Shown here piece by piece: positions 25,724 through 32,854 of a DNA stretch of 34,174 nucleotides (position 1 is its first letter; every line of letters starts with the position of its first letter). Where the stretch lies: NCBI GenBank assembly GCA_038062315.1, contig JBBTXK010000066.1:1-34174 (forward strand). Reading direction: 5' to 3'. Source of the stretch: Patescibacteria group bacterium (GTDB taxonomy: Bacteria > Patescibacteriota > Microgenomatia > Levybacterales > UBA12049). The notes beneath the pieces were generated by a model. That model made no database searches and was not told the DNA's origin. It saw nothing but the letters and a program-made list of their open reading frames with translations. The translations under genes were made by a program, and so were the position numbers.

Positions 25724-26991
25724 GAAAAATAATTAATTTGGCATTTAGACATCCTTTGATTTCCGGAAGCACTGTTATTTTTTTTGGCTCAATGACAGCC
25801 AACATACTTAACTATGTTTTTAATTTAGGCACGGGAAGACTTCTCTCGCACTCCGACTACGGCACACTAATATCTCTTGTTTCCGTATTTAATATTTTTT
25901 CTGTTTTTTCAATTACGATTTCTACTGTTTTCGCGAAGTTTTCTGCCGTGTACGTAGGCCAAAAGAAGGAACAATTGCTCTTGCCTCTTTTTGTTTCTGG
26001 AAGTATGTGGATTGGAATAATATCTGTCTTTGTAGCCATGATAATGATTATTTTTTCTTCACAAATATCACAATTCCTCAATATCAGTTCCGTATTCCTA
26101 GTTAATATTGTAGCTCTTTCTTTGTTTTTTTCGTATTTATCTTCTGTTGGGGTTGGAATTTTACAGGGGTTATTAAAATTTGGATATTACTCTTTCATCA
26201 ATATATTTTCTTCTTTAGTAAAACTTGCACTAGGTATGTTTCTTATTTTCTTTGGGCTCAAGGTTTTAGGGGGAATAGCTGCATTTTTTATATCCATCTT
26301 AGTTGCCTATCTTCTTACCCTTCCTCCAATTTATAGGTTGATGAAAAGAAAAAGCGGAAGTCTTTCTATTCAAAATTTGTTTAGCAAACTTTCTCTTTAC
26401 GGTCTTCCGGTTTTTTTGTCAAATATTGGTATTACTGCATTTATAACTATCGACATCATCTTAGTTAAACATTTTTTTGATCCCGCAGTCGCAGGACAAT
26501 ATTCAGCCATTTCAATTATGGGAAGATCTATTTTTTTTGTAGTTTCTCCAATCACGCTAGTTTTGTTTCCTCTAGTTGCCCAAAAAAAGGAAAGAAAAGA
26601 AGATTTAACAGGGATAGTTTTATTATCACTTTTTCTTGTTGCTGTTCCTGCGGTTCTACTTAGTTTTATTTATTTTATTTTTCCAGAGATAGTTCGCAAT
26701 GTGTTTTACCCTTCTTATGAGGCAAGACTTCTAAATCCATATCTTGGACAGTTTTCGATTTTTATATTGTTTTATGCTTTTATCTATCTTTTGAATTTAT
26801 TTTATCTTTCGATTGGCAAGACTAAGGTTTATATTTTAACTATTTTGGGGTCGGTTTTGGAGATCGTTCTCATTTATTTTTTCCATAAGGATATTGGGCA
26901 GATCATAAATAGCTTGATAACAAGCTCTTTTTTACTTCTTGTTAGTCTTTTGTTGTATTTGCCAAAGGCTACAAAAGATTCTAAAGATTAA
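25720..26991 (+). CDS. MOP/Wzx-type oligosaccharide or polysaccharide flippase
   Basis: 423 aa, hydrophobic throughout (about 12 or more TM segments). The N-terminal pattern ANILNYVFNLGTGRLLSHSDYGTLISLVS is typical of polysaccharide-biosynthesis (Wzx/MurJ superfamily) proteins. ATGA overlap with the GT2 gene. Confidence 0.6.
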   Translation: MRKIINLAFRHPLISGSTVIFFGSMTANILNYVFNLGTGRLLSHSDYGTLISLVSVFNIFSVFSITISTVFAKFSAVYVGQKKEQLLLPLFVSGSMWIGIISVFVAMIMIIFSSQISQFLNISSVFLVNIVALSLFFSYLSSVGVGILQGLLKFGYYSFINIFSSLVKLALGMFLIFFGLKVLGGIAAFFISILVAYLLTLPPIYRLMKRKSGSLSIQNLFSKLSLYGLPVFLSNIGITAFITIDIILVKHFFDPAVAGQYSAISIMGRSIFFVVSPITLVLFPLVAQKKERKEDLTGIVLLSLFLVAVPAVLLSFIYFIFPEIVRNVFYPSYEARLLNPYLGQFSIFILFYAFIYLLNLFYLSIGKTKVYILTILGSVLEIVLIYFFHKDIGQIINSLITSSFLLLVSLLLYLPKATKDSKD

Positions 26992-27001
26992 TTTGTTTAT
27001 T

Positions 27002-28138
27002 ATGCGTATTTTAATTTTTAATTGGAGAGACATAAAGAACCCAGCCTCTGGAGGAGCTGAGATTTTAACCCACGAAATGGCGAAGCGTTGGGTTGGGCAA
27101 AAACATCAAGTAACCCTTTTTACTTCGAAGTTTGATGATGGTAAAGAGACAGAGGTTGTAGATGGTGTAAAGATTATCCGCAAGGGAACATGGTGGACGG
27201 TGCATATATACGCATTTTTCTACTACACAATATATTTAAAAAAAAATACAGATATAATAATTGACGAAGTACATTTTTTTCCTTTTTTTTGTGTCCTTTA
27301 TGCGAGGAAAAAAACCATTGCCTTAGTATGTGAGGTTGCAAACAAACTCTTCTTTACGCTCTTTCCTTATCCTATTGCATTATTGGGAAGAGCGGCTGAA
27401 AAAATATATCTTTGGATGTATAGAAATGTCCCAACGATGGTAATTTCTCCATCAACAGAAAAGGATTTAATAAAAGAAGGACAGAGAAAAGACATAATTC
27501 GTGTTTTGACCTTAGGCATCTCTTATCCTAAAGGCTTAAAAATTCACAAGAAAGAAAATAAACAAACAATTATTTATCTGGCAAGAATAAATAAGCAAAA
27601 AGGAGCGCTGGAAGCAATTGAAGCATTTTCCATTGTTGAAAAAGAAATTGCAAATTGCCAGTTATGGATTGTAGGTTCAGGAGTCTCAGATTATATTACG
27701 ATGTTACGCAAAAAAATCAGTGATTATAAAATTGTTCATTCCGTAAAATTCTTAGGTTTTGTTTCAGAGAAACGAAAGTTCGAGCTTTTATCAAAGGCTC
27801 ATATACTTATTGTTCCGTCAGTACATGAGGGCTGGGGATTGACTGTTCCCGAAGCAGGGTCAGTGGGTACACCAGCAATTGTATATGATGTTCCCGGTCT
27901 TCGTGATGTGGTTAGAGATGGAATAAATGGCATTATTGTAAATAAGACCCCTGCACATCTTGCGGAAGGAATTAGAGAAGTTTTTACAAATAAAAGTAAA
28001 TATCAAGCATTATGCAATGGCGCAAAGAAAGAAAGCGAGAAATATAATTGGGACAAGACAGCAGAAGTCGCATTAGAAGTATTAAATTCGAAGTTAGAAT
28101 TTCCCGCTTCGCAGCGAGGCAAGGGAAATCCGAAATAA
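27002..28138 (+). CDS. GT4 family (GT-B fold) glycosyltransferase
   Basis: ATG 27002 (MRILIFNWRDIKNPASGGAE) is preferred; the ORF-track start 26939 lies inside the flippase gene. VPSVHEGWGLTVPEAGSVGTPAIVYDVPGLRDVV (EX7E region). The last 16 codons are formed by repeat element E6. Confidence 0.85.
   Translation: MRILIFNWRDIKNPASGGAEILTHEMAKRWVGQKHQVTLFTSKFDDGKETEVVDGVKIIRKGTWWTVHIYAFFYYTIYLKKNTDIIIDEVHFFPFFCVLYARKKTIALVCEVANKLFFTLFPYPIALLGRAAEKIYLWMYRNVPTMVISPSTEKDLIKEGQRKDIIRVLTLGISYPKGLKIHKKENKQTIIYLARINKQKGALEAIEAFSIVEKEIANCQLWIVGSGVSDYITMLRKKISDYKIVHSVKFLGFVSEKRKFELLSKAHILIVPSVHEGWGLTVPEAGSVGTPAIVYDVPGLRDVVRDGINGIIVNKTPAHLAEGIREVFTNKSKYQALCNGAKKESEKYNWDKTAEVALEVLNSKLEFPASQRGKGNPK
28084..28129 (+). 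repeat. in-frame mini-element E6: heptamers plus a composite GC hairpin, forming the C-terminal tail of the GT4 gene
   Basis: AAATTCG AAGTTAG AATTT (compare AAATTGG AAGTTGG AAATT in E2). Outer stem ATTTCCC (28099-28105) pairs with GGGAAAT (28123-28129). Inner stem GCTTCGC (28106-28112) pairs with GCGAGGC (28114-28120), with one G-T pair. Translated as NSKLEFPASQRGKGN. Confidence 0.75.
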
Positions 28139-28155
28139 TAAAAGTTAAAATTTAA

Positions 28156-29469
28156 ATGTTCAAAAAGAATAAGTCACAGTTTTTTATCTTACTGTTTGTT
28201 ATTTCTCTTGGTTTTTTGCTTCGATACCATAATTACGCAATATATCCGCGGCATGGAGCTACATTTGATGAATTCGCGTGGACTTGGCTTGGTATAAATC
28301 TTATACAGAAAGGAGTGCCAATTTCCTGGTCTCCGCACCCTCAGTATAAAGAAAGAAAAGAAATCAGATATCAAGGCGCGGCTTTTTTAATCGTCAAGCC
28401 ATATCTTGAACATCCGCCCCTATTTGGTATTGTTGCTGGTACATCGGCACTTCTGAGCGGCGCAAAGGATATGTATAGCGTTACCTTAACGAATATGAGG
28501 GGACTTTCTGCTGTATTGGGTATATTATCGATAGTTGCGCTGTTTATTTTTACCAATTCGCTTTATGGGAAAACAATTGCATATGTAAGTACAATTCTTT
28601 ATGCAACTGTACCGACAATTGTTATAGGATCTAGAATCGTTCAGAATGAAAACTTTCTTATTCCTTTTTGGCTTTTTTCTCTATATTTAATTAACAAATA
28701 CTTACAGACTAAGAAACTCTGGATGAGGAATATTGCATCAGTTATTGGCGGTTTATTAATTCTGGCAAAAGTTCCCTGGATTGTCGTACCTCTATCTCTT
28801 GGGATGATTTTATTTTATAAAGGAAAATGGAAAGATGCATTATTTGTAGGCGGTGTTGCTGCGGGATTTTTTTCGTTATTTATAGCGTATGGTTTATATT
28901 TCGACAAAGAGTTGTTCGTTAATTTATTTCAGCTGCAAGTAGCGCGGTACGATATATCTTTTGATGGATTATTCTCAATTTTTACTCATCCGCTTCTTGT
29001 AGATAGATATTACCTTGATGGGTGGATTTTATTTGGATGGGTAAGTATATTCTATATCTCAAAAGATATAAAAAAACATTTATTTGTTTTGTTGCCTTTT
29101 ATTTCTTATTTCGTCCTTTACGTTTTCGCCATTCCTAATGAGCCAGGTCATGGTTGGTATAGATATCCATTCTATCCGTTTTTGATTAGTGCATTAGCCT
29201 TTGTATTGGAAGAAGAACGAAAAAAACTATCATTTTTGACTTTATTTTTTGCATTGATAGTTGGATTTGCGCTTTTGCAAAACGTCTGGAAAGAAGCATT
29301 CGGTTTTTCGTTTGTCGTCTATAGATCGTTCATTCTTGTTGTTATCGTACCAATGCTTTATTTTATATGGAAAAACAGAAAAGATAGAATGCCACAGCTT
29401 TTCCTATGTCTCTTGGTCACTATTTTTATTATTTTTAATATATTTTCTGTTATAGTATATGTTGAATAA
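28156..29469 (+). CDS. GT-C-like polytopic membrane protein (PMT_2-like)
   Basis: N-terminal TM, TFDEFAWTWLGINL (loop-1 DE motif), YLEHPPLFGIV (PPL motif), hydrophobic to the C-terminus. Confidence 0.65.
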   Translation: MFKKNKSQFFILLFVISLGFLLRYHNYAIYPRHGATFDEFAWTWLGINLIQKGVPISWSPHPQYKERKEIRYQGAAFLIVKPYLEHPPLFGIVAGTSALLSGAKDMYSVTLTNMRGLSAVLGILSIVALFIFTNSLYGKTIAYVSTILYATVPTIVIGSRIVQNENFLIPFWLFSLYLINKYLQTKKLWMRNIASVIGGLLILAKVPWIVVPLSLGMILFYKGKWKDALFVGGVAAGFFSLFIAYGLYFDKELFVNLFQLQVARYDISFDGLFSIFTHPLLVDRYYLDGWILFGWVSIFYISKDIKKHLFVLLPFISYFVLYVFAIPNEPGHGWYRYPFYPFLISALAFVLEEERKKLSFLTLFFALIVGFALLQNVWKEAFGFSFVVYRSFILVVIVPMLYFIWKNRKDRMPQLFLCLLVTIFIIFNIFSVIVYVE

Positions 29470-29477
29470 TCCTGTTT

Positions 29478-30968
29478 ATGGATATAATTGAATTATTTAT
29501 TTATGCTTTGCCAATCTCCGTTCTTGGGTTTATTTTCGAAGCATACCCACGATTCTTAAATAGGGGCTTTGGTGTTGACATTTGGACGCACCTCTTGTAC
29601 CTTCGTGAGTACCATAGACAAAAAGGAATACCAAAAAGAATTGAGAATGGTTTTCTTGTATCTGGGAAATACGATTATCCGCCCGCATTTATCCTTATTC
29701 TTTCTAGGTTTCCCCAGCGTCTTGTTGAACGATATGAGTTTGTCTTTTCTCCGTTTTTCGATTTTATTCATTTACTGATTATTTTCTTTATTTCTTTTCA
29801 GTTAACAAATAGTCTTTTTATTGCGCTTATTACGCAGTCTCTTTATATACTGACTCCAATTATTGTGCTTGAAAATTCTAGCGCCACCCCGCGATCGCTT
29901 GGTTATACATTATTTACGATCATGCTTATGTCTCTTTTCATTTATACCCAGCAGGGAAATATGGTTTACTTTCTTGTTTCTATTTTTTCCGGTTCATTTA
30001 TCTTTTTATCTCATCGGCTCACAACTCAAGGATTATTATTTTTTCTGCTATTCTTTACATTGTATGGTAGAAATATTATTTATATCGGTGTATTCTTTCT
30101 GTCATTTTTTCTTGCTCTTTTGTTTTCTAAAGGATTTTATTTGAGGGTTTTACAAGGACATGTAGGCAATTTAAAATTTTGGTACAAAAATATTGAATAT
30201 CGTTTTGCGCATCAAATTAGAGGCAATTACAGGGAGTATAAAACTCAAGATTTTGTATTTAGTGTTTACAATCAATTCCTAAAATTTCCTCCTTTTGTTC
30301 TTGCCGTTACCAATACATGGACACTACCTGTGTTTTACATTTTCTTTTTTCTTATGCCATCGGACCCTTTAATGCAAAAAATGGTATTGTGGGTAATATT
30401 TTCGTATGCCCTTGCCTTATCTACAACGTGGGTTCCTCGACTTCGTTTTCTGGGAGAAGGACAGCGATATCTTGAGCTTTCTGCTTTTCCTACAGCATTT
30501 CTATCGGCTTGGCTATTGAATCATTGGCTTACAACTCCCTATTCTCTAACCGTTGCTTCCGGATATATTTTTGTGGGTATTTGCGCGCTGATTACGATTG
30601 TCGTAATACAAAAAAAGGCAATTATTAAGGACAAGCTTCGTACCCTAACTCCAAGCTTACAGAAAATGTATGACTATCTGAGATCGCTGAAACAGAAACC
30701 AAAGCTTCTTTGCATTCCGCATCAAATAACCACAAATACTATTTACCATACTGGTTGCCCAGTATTGGTTAATGCTGATTATACCAATATCGAAAAAATC
30801 TCAGACATTTATCCATTTTTAAGAAAACCAGTAAAAGAGATTATGAGGGAGTATGGTTTGGATGCGATACTCCTGAACGAAGATTATGCTGCGATACAAG
30901 ATTTGCGGTTGAAGAACTATCATATACTAAAACGTTATAATAATTATGTATTGCTAAAAACAATATGA
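29478..30968 (+). CDS. polytopic membrane protein, family not recognised (candidate GT-C or polymerase/ligase-like)
   Basis: 496-aa ORF with many hydrophobic segments. It has a short N-terminal loop GFGVDIWTHLLYLREYH and a soluble C-terminal part of about 110 aa (LCIPHQITTNTIYHTGCPVLVNADY). I could not match it to any signature. Confidence 0.5.
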   Translation: MDIIELFIYALPISVLGFIFEAYPRFLNRGFGVDIWTHLLYLREYHRQKGIPKRIENGFLVSGKYDYPPAFILILSRFPQRLVERYEFVFSPFFDFIHLLIIFFISFQLTNSLFIALITQSLYILTPIIVLENSSATPRSLGYTLFTIMLMSLFIYTQQGNMVYFLVSIFSGSFIFLSHRLTTQGLLFFLLFFTLYGRNIIYIGVFFLSFFLALLFSKGFYLRVLQGHVGNLKFWYKNIEYRFAHQIRGNYREYKTQDFVFSVYNQFLKFPPFVLAVTNTWTLPVFYIFFFLMPSDPLMQKMVLWVIFSYALALSTTWVPRLRFLGEGQRYLELSAFPTAFLSAWLLNHWLTTPYSLTVASGYIFVGICALITIVVIQKKAIIKDKLRTLTPSLQKMYDYLRSLKQKPKLLCIPHQITTNTIYHTGCPVLVNADYTNIEKISDIYPFLRKPVKEIMREYGLDAILLNEDYAAIQDLRLKNYHILKRYNNYVLLKTI

Positions 30969-30986
30969 TGCATTTCGGGACACTTT

Positions 30987-32762
30987 TTACTTCCCAACCT
31001 CTTTTAAAATCTCGACAAATTTTAATTCCATTTTTTTTAATTCTTCTTGTTTTACTTCTTTTTTCTTTTTAAATACCGTAACTTCGCTACTATCTTGATT
31101 TATCCATATTTTAGCCCTTTCTTCGTAATAATTTTTGATATCAAGATAATTATCAAAGAAAATAATTATAGCTTTTAATGTTTTGTAATTAATCTCTGCA
31201 AAATAGTTGTCGGTTTTTTGGCCACTTTTAGTTAATATATAGTCTGATTTCAAGACATTATCTATAAGAATAACTCCTTCTTTATCTGGATCATTAATTA
31301 CAGTTCCAACAAAATTATTTATAGTTAAGGGTTTTTCTTGATTGTAAAGATTGTACGTCATAAGGGGTTCATCTAAAGGCCGATAATAAAATAAGGATAG
31401 GATTTGGGGATCTGCTATTCTATTACTTTTGCTGTCTTTTGCAATAAAATCTAGAATTTCTCTTCCGCTAATTTTATAAATATATGGCGGGCGAGAAATA
31501 GAAGTAAGATATATTTTGTCCAATTGACCAAAGGGAAGTTTAACAGGAAGTGTATATAGACTTTGTTTCATAGGGCCTTTTCCCCATACGCTTCCAAGAA
31601 ACGTAAGTATGGATATTATTATGGTAAGAGCTATCAATATTGTTTTGTAACGGATAGTTTTGATTGCGTAGAATACAGAGGCAGACAAAATAGCTAGATA
31701 CGGAAAATTAGGAATTATATGTCGTTCTGCTTTTAGTAAGGCATAGCAAGAAAATGCATACGATATAATAACAGCAAGTAAAATAGGTTTTAATTTGCTT
31801 TTTTTTCTGAAAGCTAAGATAAATCCTGCAATAAATATCAAAAACTGGACAATACCAAGCTGCGCAAATGAATTAAGATAAAATGTAAGAGAGTACGCAG
31901 AGAGAGGATTTCTTTCTTCTCCTGAAACTATTTGCCACATTGGACCACCGACTCTATGTCCTCTAAAATATTCTATTATCCAATAGAAATTTTGATAATA
32001 TGGGTAGAAAGAGACAAGGAATGCAATCAAGAATGAAAGCGTCGCATGTAATAATACTCTTTTTTTCGTAAACAAGCGCCTCTTTAAAATTTGGTACAAA
32101 ACATACAAGAGTGGCCCGAAAACGTAAACAATTACTATCCATTTAATCAAAAGCCCCAAGCCCAAAGATAAGCCAAAAAGAATAGAGTATTTTCTGCTTT
32201 GAAAATAATTTGATTTTATTAAAAACAAAATGATTAATATACAAAACGCAGATGTGGCTGTTTCTGAATATGTTAGGTGGACATGAAGAAGAGTCCAGCC
32301 ATAAAAAGCAAAAATAAAAGCTGCCATAAATGAAGCCAATTTGCTTACAAAGTTTCTTGCGAGGAAATATATCCCAAAAATACTAACAATATACAACAGG
32401 CCATTTGTAAAAATTCCCCAAAAGTAAGAATTTGATAAGCCGAAAGCAAAAAGAAATGGCACAATAAGTAGTGGATAGCCTATTTGTCTAAAGGGTACTA
32501 CTTGCAACATTTCATGGAGAGTATTGGGTGATAAGTTATATTTAATTAATCTATAAAACTCAGTTGCCATGCGCATGTAGTGCTGCTCATCCCACTCAGG
32601 AATCTTAAAAGTTCGCAGACCGTAACGCACAACACTTACTAAAAATACAACTGAAAGAATTGTTAATAGAAAAAGATATTTATCAAATCTCAACTTTTTA
32701 ATAATCGGAGTTTTCTTCCAGATAAGTAGAATATTCCTATGAATACTTTTTTTGATTTTCAT
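30987..32762 (-). CDS. GT-C fold polytopic membrane glycosyltransferase, PMT_2-like, with about 200-aa soluble C-terminal domain
   Basis: ATG at 32762 is preferred over the adjacent TTG at 32765. TM1, then FKIPEWDEQHYMRMATEFY (DE motif), many TM segments and a hydrophilic C-terminal third. Confidence 0.7.
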   Translation of the reverse strand: MKIKKSIHRNILLIWKKTPIIKKLRFDKYLFLLTILSVVFLVSVVRYGLRTFKIPEWDEQHYMRMATEFYRLIKYNLSPNTLHEMLQVVPFRQIGYPLLIVPFLFAFGLSNSYFWGIFTNGLLYIVSIFGIYFLARNFVSKLASFMAAFIFAFYGWTLLHVHLTYSETATSAFCILIILFLIKSNYFQSRKYSILFGLSLGLGLLIKWIVIVYVFGPLLYVLYQILKRRLFTKKRVLLHATLSFLIAFLVSFYPYYQNFYWIIEYFRGHRVGGPMWQIVSGEERNPLSAYSLTFYLNSFAQLGIVQFLIFIAGFILAFRKKSKLKPILLAVIISYAFSCYALLKAERHIIPNFPYLAILSASVFYAIKTIRYKTILIALTIIISILTFLGSVWGKGPMKQSLYTLPVKLPFGQLDKIYLTSISRPPYIYKISGREILDFIAKDSKSNRIADPQILSLFYYRPLDEPLMTYNLYNQEKPLTINNFVGTVINDPDKEGVILIDNVLKSDYILTKSGQKTDNYFAEINYKTLKAIIIFFDNYLDIKNYYEERAKIWINQDSSEVTVFKKKKEVKQEELKKMELKFVEILKEVGK

Positions 32763-32791
32763 CAATATCGAAAAAATTAACTAATGCGTTG

Positions 32792-32800
32792 ATTATAACA
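32792..32800 (-). promoter_or_regulatory. candidate extended -10 promoter element (TGTTATAAT on the minus strand) for the 30987-32762 gene
   Basis: The reverse complement of 32792-32800 reads TGTTATAAT, about 30 nt upstream of ATG 32762. Confidence 0.3.
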
Positions 32801-32833
32801 CGAGCCTTCTGCCCCGTTTTTAAAACAGATAGA

Positions 32834-32842
32834 TGATATAAT
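32834..32842 (+). promoter_or_regulatory. candidate extended -10 promoter element (TGATATAAT) upstream of the PP2C-like gene
   Basis: Lies in the divergent intergenic region, 12 nt before ATG 32855. Same 11-mer as at 23790-23800. Confidence 0.35.
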
Positions 32843-32854
32843 ATTGCTAATACG

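Noticed and set aside
26939-27001. N-terminal extensions proposed by the ORF track (26939, 18633, 20462, 15570, 1660, 14036, 32765, and GTG 69).
   Set aside because: The extensions overlap the preceding gene or use TTG/GTG. An in-frame ATG just downstream gives the canonical family N-terminus (MRILIF.., MQTISVVLATYNEE.., MKFCLWML.., MNYRNFT..). For 69 the frame is simply open to the window edge.
28123-28134. The 12-mer GGGAAATCCGAA is shared between the end of the GT4 gene (28123-28134) and the start of the last methyltransferase (33904-33915).
   Set aside because: Tens of chance 12-mer matches are expected among all position pairs in 34 kb of biased-composition DNA. The second site has no flanking similarity, heptamers or hairpin.
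29891-29898. GCGATCGC, the HIP1-type octamer palindrome.
   Set aside because: There is a single occurrence in the window and no evidence of iteration.
30969-30986. A possible bidirectional terminator in the 18-bp gap between convergent genes.
   Set aside because: Only a 4-bp GGGA/TCCC pairing is possible and there is no proper T-tract. I found no convincing intrinsic terminator anywhere in the window.
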